64,000 nt of DNA, filler included, from Basidiobolus ranarum (GCA_040143965.1; 41 parts of 41 records of this genome joined end to end with filler, not necessarily neighbours in it), one strand, 5' to 3'. Positions 51,042 through 64,000 are shown, counted from the first letter of the whole stretch. Program-made: numbers and translations. Notes: generated by a model from the letters alone, not told the origin.

Positions 51042-51567
51042 TGCTGGAGGATCTTGACATCATAGGGGTGGACTTTGGGTTTTAGAAGCAACTTATGATA
51101 GTGTGTTTTAGTTACTTTATTCTTAACAGTATATGTTTACTTATATAATAGAAAAGTAAATCAATTGTTTGAGATAGTCAGGATTTTGTGTAATAAGATA
51201 TAATAGATAAGTGGGGGTAATAAGACATACTTGTTATATAGATATAGAGATATTCCTATTTAGAACCCTAACAAAAATAAAATCAATTTGATCCGGATCG
51301 GATCCACCCTCCAAAATAGCAAAACCATCAGAGAACCATCACAATATTGCTGGCTTGCATTCTGCCAGGGATTTTGATGGTATGATGGCGGTTTCTTAAT
51401 GGTATCTTGATGGTATTCATACATGTTAAAATATTGATTGTCAAATTTGGCATGCATTATTCAATAACCAGCAATTTTTGCAAAAATATAATTTTCAAAT
51501 GGCAAATTACTGGGTTTACTGCTGTAGGAATTTGAATTAATATGCATGCCTTTATTTAGATATTTTA
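51042..51567 (-). mobile_element. LTR D fragment interrupted at 51266 by CACTA-like end A
   Basis: Matches 10310-10532, then CCCTAACAAAAAT. Confidence 0.85.
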
Positions 51568-51667
51568 NNNNNNNNNNNNNNNNNNNNNNNNNNNNNNNNN
51601 NNNNNNNNNNNTTAATTAATTAANNNNNNNNNNNNNNNNNNNNNNNNNNNNNNNNNNNNNNNNNNNN

Positions 51668-53127
51668 CGGAGCATCATTTCACTGCAGGTGTGCTCCATT
51701 GGGAACTCCCAGAATGTATAGCAAGGGCTTATAATCTCTAAGCATTGTGAAAGATGCAGCAGGGAATGTATTGAATACTGGCATAGATTCAGTCTATCTT
51801 CTTGAAACCTGTAATAAAGTTTTTCATATCCAATTACAAAACCTTTGCACAGTTGCTGTATCTGCCTGAGATCTGCCAATGTGAGTTGATGCCACAAGAA
51901 TATATTAACAATATCCACAAACAACTCCCAATGTTACCAATACTTATCAGGCAGAAATCTTTTCAATATCCACATGAATATATACAAATCCAATACTTCC
52001 AGTGTTTGCATTTGAATAAATGCCTAGATAAGTGGATATTGATGGGAGTCCTTGTAATATATGATGGTATCTTGATGTTTTCAAGCATTTTGCCAATTGA
52101 TTCAAACTTTGATCCTATCTTGTATGGTTCATTCATATTGAATTTTCCACTATATAGCTGAGTAAGTAGTATTGGAATGTTGTTGAATAGTATGTGCATA
52201 GTGCCTAATGGGAAGCTCTGGCTCTAACTGATCCCCTTTAGCAATATAATCTTAAGCTAATGACTAGTACCAAGTTTGATGTTAGACTGACTATTTGGTG
52301 AATTGATATCAGTGATCATATTGAAATCTGACCAGCCTCTTGATGGTAAAATCATGGAGTTTAGTTTTGTATTTGGATAGTAGTAATGCATATATCAGAT
52401 TGAGTAGACTCCATTGATTTGACAAAATCTACGGCAAGATAATGCATTGTACCTGTGAAAACCTCCAAGTTTGCTGTTGACAGGAGTGTTACCAATACAT
52501 ACAATGATATTAGCTTTAATAAAATATCCACCCATCTCAATCTCCTTTGATAACTATTCAAATTCTGCAATTAAAGGCTACAAGAAGCTATCTATAAGCA
52601 CTGGTGATTTAGGTCTGGATATGATGGCTAGTATCAAGATATTATGACTCTTACACCATTCAGAAGGAGGAAGACTTAAGTTGATTAAAATTATTGGCCA
52701 GCAAGCCTGTCCAACAGTATATTTTTTAGCAAGAAACTATCTAGAGCCAATGCAAATGCTTGATCATACTTGTTGTGAAAGAAACCTTGACTGTTCAGAT
52801 TCTGGTAGTGATATCCATCAAGTATATTGGTAATACCATCAGCTTTATGGTGAGTACTTTGGTATTGGATCAATGATCTATATTTTCTGGTGATTTCATC
52901 AAAACTTGAAGATGGGGAATCAATGGTATGTAAGCCAAATATAAATGATCTTACCCGATTCAGTGATTGCCAATTGTGTGCAAGCAGTACATGACTTCAG
53001 ATTTATCCAATCACTGGTGAAAGCCAAACTACCGTTTGGACATGAAGGTCATTTAATTACTGAAGTATCATAAGTCCTACAATTGACAAGTGTTTTCCAC
53101 TTGTACCAGGTCTGCGGCAAGCAACAG
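51668..53127 (-). mobile_element. CACTA/EnSpm Tnp2 transposase pseudogene with DUF4218-like region
   Basis: HSLLHLSQCLEIISPCYTFWEFPME motif. Collinear with 14305-15592. Confidence 0.9.
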
Positions 53128-53299
53128 NNNNNNNNNNNNNNNNNNNNNNNNNNNNNNNNNNNNNNNNNNNNTTAATTAATTAANNNNNNNNNNNNNNNNN
53201 NNNNNNNNNNNNNNNNNNNNNNNNNNNAATAATCTTCCATACTGCAGGGGAAGATAAAACTCTGGTGGTTTCTCTAACTTTAGGTCTGAAGAAAAAGAT

Positions 53300-53850
53300 A
53301 TAGTTCTTTTGAGATTTGCAAAGACTCAGATTAAGAGTTAGATATTTCCATGGCAGTAAAAATGAAGATAACTATGATAGAATCTGAACTGCAATCTTCA
53401 ATAGTCAAGCCTAGTTGAGTTGCAATAGGAATATTTATTATCCCACTATGATACAGGGTAGAATATTGAGTTAAAGAAAGGATGAAGCATATGGTGCAGT
53501 TTTGGATGGTGCTAAGGCTAGAAGCATTTTTGCTAGAGGGAAGGGTTGCTTATATAAGAAAATAGCTGAGATTAAATGCTATGAATTGGTGGCTGTGTAT
53601 AAATGCTACAAATAGGTGGCTTAGCATTGAAGTGCCAATAAGATCACTAATGTAGCAGTTGCAGCTTTGAAACTTGGAACACATCAGCATCAAGTACTAT
53701 TGCAGCTCTGTGCAAGATTTGAAGAGAGTCCATTAGCCAGTTCAAAAGTTAGCACTAAGTTTGTGAGCATCTTGAGGTCCTGAATTCTTGTGTTCTGAAT
53801 ATATACTAGTGTTGATTTTTGTGTTGACAATTTTGAAATGGTGGTAGCTC
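53300..53850 (-). pseudogene. Probable decayed LINE apurinic-like endonuclease
   Basis: Remnants resembling IQET, GDFNA, RLDY and SDH occur in the expected order across frameshifts. Confidence 0.4.
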
Positions 53851-54787
53851 CACCAATAATCAATCAAATGTTATGATTCTTGCGTGATTGCAAAGCTCTA
53901 ATTCAGGGGTTTTTGATTGCAGCTAAAGATATGGTTATTGGCTAGGTATTGATGAGACTATGAGTGATTTAATATTCTTGGTCTTGTTCTTGATTTCATG
54001 TTATAAGATAGCAATAGAAAATATTCTTCCTACTTTTAATGTGCAAGATATTGTTGGAGCAATTCCAATACTACACCATCACAATTTTAATCCATTTTGG
54101 ATTGGCAATATATTACCATCATAAAATTTTCAAGTTGGATTTGATTTTAATCAGTTTTCCCCAATTCAGGAACAAAATTTGATGGTCTTGCAAAATAGTT
54201 GCACATGATTGGCTACAATCTCAGAGAAAAATAGATCAACAAATGCGCAAAAAATGTAACTTACATTTTACACATTTATCATGGAAATACAAATTTTGTT
54301 GGAATTAGCATTGCCTAAACACCTATATAGTTGTATATAGCTTAGTACTTAGTTATGTTTTATTTCACTAGGATGTTATCCATCATTCTATATTGGAACT
54401 TATTTGTATTATTCTTAGCAACTTAAAAGTTGTCAGATTTACGGATTTTCAAATTTAACATATTGACCACTTGAATGCTAATTTGTCACCTTTGAAGTCC
54501 CTAATTTCTGTGATATACTTTCAAGGATATTTTTATAGAGCTCTTCATACCCAGGATTTAGCTCATGTCCAACTCAAGTTTGTATAAATATCTCCATCAA
54601 AGCCTATCATTGTATTAACATTACTGAATCAACATGCTTCCAGCTATCTGGTGGATACCCTGCAATATTGTGCCACTCTGTATTAAGNNNNNNNNNNNNN
54701 NNNNNNNNNNNNNNNNNNNNNNNNNNNNNNNTTAATTAATTAANNNNNNNNNNNNNNNNNNNNNNNNNNNNNNNNNNNNNNNNNNNN

Positions 54788-56247
54788 AGTATCACAGGTG
54801 GAAACATAAGTCTTGACAAGTGAAACATTTTTGGCCACCAATAAGCCCTAGATGCCAACAAATATGATTTGGCAATACCAAAGTGTCCTACAAGAGGTGA
54901 GTCCATGCTTTCCTGCTTGATTTTGAGTCTGGAAGCTTGGTCTGGAATGTAGAAGTGTTTATTATAAAACAGAGATCATCAATGATGGAGTAATGTGGTA
55001 TGTGCTCAAGTTTGAGAGGCCTTTTGGGTGAATCCTGGGTTTTCTTGGTTGATGTTACCAATGGGTCTGTAGGTTAAATTTGTTGATGTTTTCATGGTAC
55101 ATGCTTGAACTAGGTAGAGAAAGAGCAGTTGTGCTAATTTGAAGCTGGTGGGGTTCCAGTAGGGAAGTATTTTGTTGAACAAAGGCCTCATCCCCTTGTT
55201 TAGGCTGATGTTCTGCTCTATGTAATAAGACATCAGGTTATCCTTGCTGGCTACCTGGTTGATATGTAATCATAAGATCCAAACTAGCAAGAAATAACAA
55301 TTATCTAGCTTGAGGGTGGTTGAGAACTTTGGTGGTACTATAATATTGAAGAATCTTATGATTGCAATAGACTGTAATTGTGTGATTAGCTCCATCCAAG
55401 TATTGTTGCTATTCTTGAAATGCAGCAATAATTGCTAACAGTTCCTTGTCACTGATGTGATAGTTGATTTCTGCTGCAGAGAACTTTCTTGAGTAACAGG
55501 CAACAGGGTGCTGTAAGTTGTCATGATTGGGATAGTATTGTGCCTTCAGCAAAGTCAGTTGCATCAGTCTCTACAATGAATGATTTGTCTAGTTTGGGGT
55601 GTGCCAGCATTGATACTGAGGTAAAAGCATTCTTTGAAGTTACAAATGCTTCCTGACAAGATAAGTTCCAGTCATATGGGAGCTCATAGTATATTCTTTC
55701 AGAATGCTTTGCTCTGGCTGGGTCAGCCTATAGATAAGCCCAACTGGGGGTTGCTTTCCTTCTTGTAGATCTATAGGGCAATCAAAAGAGCAGTTATCTG
55801 GGAGTATATCGGATTTGTTCTTGTCAAAGATGTCAGCAAAGAATAAGTAATTGGGAAGGAGATTAAGAACTATAGCTTTTGTTGGTTTCATCTCTTCAGC
55901 AACACAATCAATGGAAATTGGCTTTGTAGATGTTTGTTGAAGTTTATTGCGTTTATCATATTTGTTATCTCTATCTTTATACACCTAACTATTTCATATA
56001 TCACATATAAGTTTGTTAGCATTACTTAGTCAAATATCACTTAGCTGAAAATCGGAACATATATTATATATATATGTGAATAATGTGAGAATTAGCAATT
56101 CCATATTGGAAATTTCAAACTCGTCTAAATTGCCCCAAAGACAGCTCATTCTACTCCCACAGATGTTCTGAACACAACCCCAGTGTTAGTTTTCTGTATT
56201 TCCATCAAAAAGTATAAATGCTTTATTTCTGGGCAATCAGCAATTAT
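54788..56247 (-). mobile_element. Decayed gypsy RNaseH/integrase with LTR B inserted (55935-56247, +)
   Basis: FIVETDATDF, DKELLAI and DSPLVGHFG motifs. The LTR matches the reverse complement of 3142-3375. Confidence 0.85.
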
Positions 56248-56347
56248 NNNNNNNNNNNNNNNNNNNNNNNNNNNNNNNNNNNNNNNNNNNNTTAATTAAT
56301 TAANNNNNNNNNNNNNNNNNNNNNNNNNNNNNNNNNNNNNNNNNNNN

Positions 56348-57806
56348 TTCCCTTCTTCTCTCCTTCTTCATCTACTTTCAGACCTCCCTTCCATCAAACA
56401 CAAAATACAGCTCAAGCTGATGACCCAATGCAAATTGATGGAACTTGCTTTAGAAAGCTTAGCCCTGAGGAGAAATATCGATGCCAACAAGAGAATTTAT
56501 GCCTCTATTGTGGAGCTCCTGGACATATAGCAAGAAGCTGTCCAAAGAAGAATCATGGATTTAAAATCAACAATATGCAAGTACCAGAGAACTCCTCCCA
56601 ACCCTCGGAAAACTTCAATGCCCAGCTGCAATAATGGGCATGCAGTTGGGCAAACCATCTTCAAAAATGTATCTTCACCATACATCACAATCTCTGCAGT
56701 CATACGAATCATTAAAGCTGCCCATTACACTCCTGCTTCCAAATTCCAAGTCAATAAAAACAACTGCACTTCTTGATTCAGGTGCTTCCTCCTGTTTTAT
56801 TGACTCTGCCTTTGTAAAATCACACTCTATCCCAACAATCAAGAAATCTAGTCCAGTCCTTGTAGAAGTAATTGATGGAAGGCTACTATCATCAGGTGCT
56901 GTGACACATGAGACAACCTTTATGATACTCATGTCTACTGCTCATCAAGAAGAAATAGCCTTTAATATCATTTCTTCACCTCACTACCCAGTCATCCTTA
57001 GTATCTCATGGCTCATGCAGCACAACCCAGTAATCAATTGGAAGAAGAAGATTATGATGTTCAATCAAGCTCCACCTCATAGTCCATATTTGCCAACCTG
57101 CAAAGTATCCAACTCATCATCAGCCCTACTGCTAAAAACATCTATTAAGCCAGTATTTGCTAACATTATTGCTGAAGAGCTGAAACCAACAAAACCTATT
57201 GCTCATAAGCTCCAACCCAAATACCAAGCCTTTGCTGATGTCTTTGTCAAGAAGAAATCTGATATACTCCCAGCTCACCACCCATATAATTGCCCTATAG
57301 ATCTACAAGATGGAAAACAACCACCATTTAGGCCTATATATTGGCTGGCCCAGCCAGAACTCAACACTCTGGAAGAATATATTGCAGAAAATCTGGAGAA
57401 GTGATTTATTCAACATTCAAAGACCCCAAAAGGCTCTCCAATCTTGTTTGTTAAGAAAAGGACAGATCCCTCTGTCTCTGTGTTGATTATTAAGGTCTAT
57501 ACAGTGTTACAGTCAAAAATTGGTACCCCTTGCCATTAATCAACTCACTCTTGGTTCAGCTTGCTTTGGCAAAGGTGTTTACAAAGATTGATCTAAGAGG
57601 TGCTTACAATCTAGTAAGAATCAAACCAAGAGACCAATGGAAAACTGCCTTTTGAACTCACAATGGACATTTTGAATACAATGCATGCCATTTGGACTTA
57701 CCAATGCCCCTGCAGGCTTTGAGCACATGTTGAATGATATCTACACAGAGTATCTTGACCAATTTGTGGTAATCTAGCTTGACAATATCTTGGTCTTCTC
57801 AAGCTC
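56348..57806 (+). mobile_element. Gypsy gag end (zinc knuckle), protease and RT start, with pol in the -1 frame
   Basis: [37 protein letters not shown] and MPFGLTNAP motifs. Confidence 0.95.
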
Positions 57807-57906
57807 NNNNNNNNNNNNNNNNNNNNNNNNNNNNNNNNNNNNNNNNNNNNTTAATTAATTAANNNNNNNNNNNNNNNNNNNNNNNNNNNNNNNNNNNNNN
57901 NNNNNN

Positions 57907-59365
57907 CAATTTATCCAAGTTGAAGCGCATCAATTCTGGTGGAGAGGCCAATTTGGTAGATTTGGGGGAACAATTCTTACTGACATTGAAAGAAGCAAAG
58001 TCCCAGTTCAATGGGATTATAGCGCCAGGATTTGGAATGACGGAGACTTGCGCTGGCTGTATTTATAACAAGCAGTTTCCTTTCAATGATACTGGGAAGG
58101 AATTTGGTACGTTAGGGCACCCTTCCAGTGAAGTGTGCTTGAGAATCGTCGATGATGACGATCAAATATTGCCAGCTGGCTCTTGCGGTAATCTGCAGAT
58201 ATCGTGTCCTCAGCTATTCAAGGGTTACTACAACAATCCTGAGGCTAATGAACAAGCCTTTACTAAGGATGGATGGTTCAGGACGGGGGATACAGCCAAT
58301 CTTGCCAATGGGGCCCTGGAACTTGTTGGAAGAACCAAGGATAGTATTATTCTTCGTGGTGTAAACTATTACAGCAATGAACTCGAGACTGCATTACAGA
58401 ATATAGACGGGATTGTCCCTTCATTCGTCGCTGTTTGTCCTATCCGGCCAAAAGGCTCTCAAACCGAACAAGTTGCCGTTTTCTATCTTCCTACATTTTC
58501 GTTATCCGATGAAGAAGCCCTTCTTCGTACTCATTCCAGTATTCAGCAAAAACTGATTCAGTTTTGCTCTCAAGCACCTCACATAATATTGCCACTCTCC
58601 AAAAACATCTTGACTAAAAATTCATTGGGCAAGTTGTCAAGAGGGAAGCTACGTCGACAATATGAAAAAGGAGAATTCAATGAATTCCTTAAGATTGTTG
58701 AACAAATCATCCAAACAAGAAAAGCTTTGAAATATAAAAAGCCAACCTCTGATACCGAAATCGCTTTGGCTTCCTTCTTGTGTAAAATATTTGATGTACC
58801 TTCGGATGATATGTGTGTAGAAGAGAACTTCTTCAGTATGGGAGGCTCATCTCTAGAGGTCGTACAGTAAGTTGATTTTTTTAACCAATATTTCTATTCA
58901 TTTATTAAGTAGGCTTCTATTGTATAGGTACAAAGCCAGAATTATTGAACACTTCAATTTAGCCAAGGTAAGACGAGAAAGGTGCTACGAAGGTGCCATG
59001 AGTTGTTTACTAATCAATATTTTCCATTACAGAATTGGCCAGTCATCAGAATTATGCAACATCCAACTATTCGAGCACTTGCAACACACTTGGATGAATC
59101 CAAAACGAATGCCACTGGAGGTTTACCCAACCAGAACTATGATCCAGTTGTCCCGTTACAAGTAACAGGATCAGGTGTGCCCATATTCTTTGTTCATCCT
59201 GGTGTTGGTGAAGTCCTTATCTTTGTCAACCTGGCCAAGTATTTTGTGAATGAGCGTCCATTCTACGCATTGAGAGCTCGAGGATTTGATGAAAATCAAA
59301 CTTACTTTGAGTCAATGGAAGAGATGGCCGATATCTATACTGCGGCCATTCGCAAAACTCAACCG
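57907..59365 (+). CDS. NRPS-like A-T-TE enzyme of the quinone/atromentin-synthetase type (partial); introns 58867-58927 and 58968-59032
   Basis: A domain motifs SGGEAN, GFGMTETCAG, WFRTGD and GRTKD. T domain FFSMGGSSL. TE FFVHPGVGEVLIFVNLAKYF..ERPFYALRARGF. Both GT-AG introns restore one frame. Confidence 0.92.
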
Positions 59366-59465
59366 NNNNNNNNNNNNNNNNNNNNNNNNNNNNNNNNNNN
59401 NNNNNNNNNTTAATTAATTAANNNNNNNNNNNNNNNNNNNNNNNNNNNNNNNNNNNNNNNNNNNN

Positions 59466-60924
59466 TTCCTTGTCCAGTCTTGTCTTGTCTTGTCTTGTGG
59501 TCTACACCCAAGTACTCTCCTGCCTTCTAGCCTCTTGTCATTGTTTCCAGTCCTTGTCCAGTTCCTTATTGTGACACATATTTTCCCAATAGATAATGCT
59601 CTAATAGGCTATGGGAAACCTTCCTATAAAGGTCAAAAGCACTACAAGAAGAACAGTAACACTTTCTGTGATTACTATAAAAGAACTGGCCATTTAAGCA
59701 AAGATTACTTTAAAGAATTGCAAAAGAAGAAAAACATAACAAATCTGGAAATGTGGTTACAACTGAGGATCACTTGTTCTTATCTGCTCTATCTGTGACT
59801 ACCAACAAGGATTCTCAGATGTAGTATAAAGATTCTGGAGCCTCTCAACATTTCACAAATAAAAACATAGGTTTGTAGATTATGCAAAAATCCCAATTAG
59901 AAAGGTTTTCATAGGAGATGACTGCACATTGGATGCCATAGGAATGGGAATCATTCAAGTCAATATAACTGGAGCTTCTCAAGAGAGAGTGTATACTTTC
60001 AAGGATGTTTTACAAGTTCCCAATATTGCCAAGAATTCAATATCTGCATGCCTTTGAAATTAGCATTGCCTTAACACCTATATAATCATATATAGCTTAG
60101 TACTTAGTTATCTTATATTTCATTAAGATATTATCCATTATTCTCAATAGGAATTTACTTAGAACATTTTGGAACAGAAAGCTCAATGCTTTTTTTGAAA
60201 CACTCAAGTTCCAAAAGAATAATGCTAACTATAGTATCTACTTCAGGCCAGATAAGACAAACCCAGTTCTATTAGCCTTATATATAGATGACCTTATTAT
60301 AGCAACCAATGACTTGAAAACTTTAGAGAAAACCTAATCCAGCTTATCAGCCGAATTCAAAATTACTGATCTTGGCAAACTGACTTACTATCTTGGAATC
60401 CAAATTAAGATAGATAGAACTACCAAAACAATAACTTTAAACTAGTCTAAGTATATCCTAGATATACTAAAGAAGTTTAAAATGCAAGAATATAATCCAG
60501 TAACTATCCCTATAGAGACAAATCTTAACTTGACCAAAAATGGCTCAAACCAGATGTTTTTGGATTCAAATGAAAGCTAGAAATTTCCTTATCAATCTAT
60601 AATTGCTAGCTTGATGTACATCATGGTTGGAACATAGCCAGATATTGAACACTCTGTGGGAGTTATGAGTCAATATTTCAAAATCATGAATCTGATCAAA
60701 TCATGGCAGTTAAGTGGATTTTCAGATATTTGAAAGGTACTGTAGAACTGTGCTTAAAATACACAAATTCTGGATCAAACTTTGATCTGATGGGATATTC
60801 AGATGCAAATTGGGGAAGAGATACTGAAGACAGGAGATCTACAACAGGATACTTATTTGTTTGCTGTAATGGAGCTGTTTCTTGGAATTCAAAGAAACAA
60901 CCTATTGTAGCACTTTCAACTATA
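59466..60924 (+). mobile_element. Gypsy LTR A end (to 59576), copia gag/protease remnant, partial LTR C, copia RT-RNaseH
   Basis: DSGASQH, LYIDDL and GYSDANWGRD motifs, plus LTR homologies. Confidence 0.9.
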
Positions 60925-61024
60925 NNNNNNNNNNNNNNNNNNNNNNNNNNNNNNNNNNNNNNNNNNNNTTAATTAATTAANNNNNNNNNNNNNNNNNNNN
61001 NNNNNNNNNNNNNNNNNNNNNNNN

Positions 61025-61975
61025 AAGAATGCAGAAGGCTAGGATGTGTCACTGCTAACAAGAGGCCCAGAGGAGGGATACTCACAGAGAGGCAAAAGCT
61101 TTGTAATGATATTTTTTCCCATTTTAGAGCAAGAGCAGAACATAACCTTGGTTTCCTAAAGAGATATAGCATTGTAGCAGGAAAGTAAAGAGGAAAATCA
61201 TTTTGTGGGCCTCAATCAAAGTTAGGCAAAGTAGTCAAAATCTTGATTAATTCTCAATACATTCATACTCAAAGATATTCATTGAGAGCTCTATACTTAA
61301 GATACTATGAAAGCTTCTCCCACTTTTACTACTATTCATAGTACACTGAAATCTGATTGGACAATAGTTTTTGTAGTGCCAAAACAGATTCACTAGCTGC
61401 TTTCTGGTAGGTATTGGAGTGTATGAGCCACAGTATTTTTCAAACATAGCTTCTAGGGTAGTGATAGGAAAGCCAGTAGTTGCTTTTGGATTAATGAGGA
61501 ATGACCAATTAGAGTAGATGGAGAGCATGATATTAATCTAGTATTGAGCTGGCATGATACTGATTGATCTGGCGTGTGCAAGTTATTTATCTAAGAGCTT
61601 CAATTATCATGGTAAAATTCCCTACATTCTGTATAATGAAATTTCTGTTTGCATTTATTATTCTAATTATTTCAATTATGTGTAATTGTATGGAAATTAC
61701 ATAATAAACTGCATCAGCAAAGTTAATCATAGTTCAATCCAAGTCAATTTATTTAGCGTACATATCAAAACAGCTCAAAGCAGAATGCATTATGCTTGAT
61801 CACACTAAAGCATATTAACTTTGACATTTTAACCAGTAATATAAAAAGATCCCTGATTCTGATTGAAACCAATAAAGTCTAACATCATAGATATATTTGG
61901 TAGTTACATATCATGTCAAAACAGATTCTTCCTGATTCACAACCTACTTTTGTACAGAAAACCACCGCTTCAAAA
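61025..61975. mobile_element. Two DDE_Tnp_4 element pieces in opposite orientation (3' part +, 5' part -)
   Basis: 61025-61308 matches the reverse complement of 31580-31865. 61309-61640 matches 32205-32540. Confidence 0.8.
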
Positions 61976-62584
61976 ATTTTGCGCGCACAGTCAAATGAAG
62001 GTTGGGTGGTGTGAATCAGCATGTGCCTAATGTTTTTACACATGCCCAGGTATCCACTAAGAATTCTTGCTTGGATATATGGGAGTTATTGATAAACTTG
62101 CAGAAGCTGGGGAAGGGGCCATTAGACAAAAGTGGTAGCAACTTTTGACTCTGCTTTAGAGAGAATACAATATCTTCATGCCTTCAGAAGTCTGCAAGAA
62201 AATATACGATAAGACTCATGAGGATAGAGAGCATGAATTGAGAAATAGGAATTTTGATTTTGAGTTCATAAAGATGCAATTCCAATTGCATTTTTGCTTG
62301 TATGGACTGGAAGCAACCATTGCAGCCTCAACTTTGGAGACAAGAGATGTTCTAAATAGACATCTACTGCTACTCAATGAGACTTTGCAGCAACTGTTGA
62401 TGGAGTTTGCAGAGTTCAAAACAACATTTCAGGACACTATGGCAAGAGTAATCAACAGAGGTGTAAAGAGAGAAGCAAGACAANNNNNNNNNNNNNNNNN
62501 NNNNNNNNNNNNNNNNNNNNNNNNNNNTTAATTAATTAANNNNNNNNNNNNNNNNNNNNNNNNNNNNNNNNNNNNNNNNNNNNA

Positions 62585-62716
62585 AGCATCAATGATGATG
62601 GAAGTGTATACACGAGTAACTGGAACTACAAGGTCAATGGGGAAGGAGGTCCTTATATCACCACTTACGTCACATTCAACACTGGTGAAGGAGTGTCATT
62701 CATCTGGTATGAGTAG
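62585..62716 (+). CDS. Possible C-terminus of an unknown protein (SINDDGSVYTSNWNYKV...GVSFIWYE*)
   Basis: Open from the contig edge with gene-like composition, followed by AT-rich sequence. Confidence 0.5.
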   Translation, partial: SINDDGSVYTSNWNYKVNGEGGPYITTYVTFNTGEGVSFIWYE

Positions 62717-63797
62717 ATACCACTCCTGATTATAGATACCCGCAAAAGATAAAGCAACCAGCTATCTTTTGCTTCTTATTCCCTTTTCATACTTTCAATA
62801 TAGAATAATTAGAACGTATTGATTGCAAAATAAATATACCACTTAAGAAATAGTTCCTATGGCATGCTCTTATCTTCATAACGTTAGCCTGATCACAACG
62901 ATACCAGATAATATGTAGATTAATATTATAGCATAGATATTACCCACATTCCGATTAATTGCTCTTCATCGTGCCTTACCTTTTGTAACTTTAAATAGAA
63001 CAATATGGTACTGTGACCTATATCGCAACTACTGGTATTGTCAGTATTCTGAGTAATGAGCCAAAGGTTAGACACTTCTGCAATTTACTCTACAATGAAG
63101 AAGTATTATTCAAGCACTTGAGCAATATAATCCCGCACTAAGTCCTCGCTTATTTAGTACTTCATTTCAGCTCCAGTCAATTATGATACCAGCTTACCTA
63201 TAAATCTCGCATATGAATTAATACGATATTAACTGAATCTAAGTACCTAAATACTGTACAATAACGGTATCCCATTTAGCCTTAGAATTAATATTGGGTA
63301 ATCTATACTACTTTCAGAAGTCTATCTTGAACCTTGTTAGTTTCTCTTATCGCATGATTAGAAACCCCCCTCTGTTGATCTCAGCATTCTGCGGAATTCT
63401 CTCTGACTTAAAATATGAAGTTCAATTCACTGATCTAGACTGTTCCAATTTAAGTTTTTCCTGTCATATTACCGGAAGAAAGAATTTCTATATACGGTAT
63501 TCGTGTTCTAATGTTCAATTTACTATTTTCGTGAATAATACAATATTGTACTTGACCAGAGACTAAAACCTTGCTCAGACTGGCCTTACCATATTTAATC
63601 ATATTTCCGAACGTGGCAAGGACGATCGGGAACTGATACTAATCGGATTGAAAATCTTTTTCAAATGGATTCAGTTTGATCGGGATCCGTAAATCATTGG
63701 ATAGATAATTGCTAGGAAGAATAATTGTTTAGATATAAAGACTGTAACCAGACCACTGTTAAACTCACGATCAATCACACTGTAATACAAAACCAAA

Positions 63798-64000
63798 ATG
63801 GTCAAAATCTCATCTGGTCTATCTTACATCTGCCTTACCGCCACTGCTTTCTTGGGTTTAGCGGTTCAAGCTCTTCCAGCTCCAAGTGCTACCTCTGTCA
63901 ATCACCAATTCAACCACACCGAGGTATTAGCCGAGAAAAGCATACTCGGCGATATCACCAACTTTGACTCGTGCTCTCTCCAATTTCGCTTTGACAATGG
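63798..64000 (+). CDS. N-terminus of a secreted protein; absent from the ORF track
   Basis: AAAATG context, MVKISSGLSYICLTATAFLGLAVQA|LPAPS signal peptide, TATAAA at 63734. Open to the window end. Confidence 0.7.
   Translation, partial: MVKISSGLSYICLTATAFLGLAVQALPAPSATSVNHQFNHTEVLAEKSILGDITNFDSCSLQFRFDN

Noticed and set aside
12557-59365. Apparent biosynthetic cluster (NRPS-like, TE, oxidoreductase, hydrolase, transporter)
   Set aside because: The genes are on separate contigs ordered only by length, so there is no evidence of linkage.
1472-62583. Regularly spaced TTAATTAATTAA palindrome suggesting an array
   Set aside because: It is an artificial linker embedded in N runs. ORFs ending in XXX-LIN are artefacts of it.

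Overview
This window is not one locus. It is a concatenation of 41 short eukaryotic contigs (about 1.46-1.47 kb each, in descending length; the last is cut by the window edge) joined by 100-bp artificial linkers (N44-TTAATTAATTAA-N44), so adjacency across linkers means nothing. Short 53-74 nt spliceosomal introns, fungal-type proteins and a mitochondrial GLUD-type glutamate dehydrogenase suggest a repeat-rich, probably early-diverging fungus (inference). About three quarters of the contigs are decayed, nested, CpG-depleted transposons: several Ty1/copia families, a Ty3/gypsy chromovirus, a CACTA/EnSpm-like element with CCCTA termini, a DDE_Tnp_4 (PIF/Harbinger-ISL2EU) element, a MITE and a probable LINE. 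Host-gene fragments include tRNA-Thr(CGT), a secreted Gly-rich repeat protein, an A-T-TE NRPS-like (quinone-synthetase-type) enzyme, a second thioesterase end, a KH-domain protein with a GC-AG intron, GDH, an AIF/AMID-like oxidoreductase, a UNC93-like transporter and a YcjY-like hydrolase. The most unusual item is a U6 snRNA-like gene (49896-50007). It has a TATA box and intact stem-loops, but its ACAGAGA box reads ACAGCGA and it carries several other A-to-C changes at conserved positions. All family assignments come from motif recognition by eye; no searches were run.
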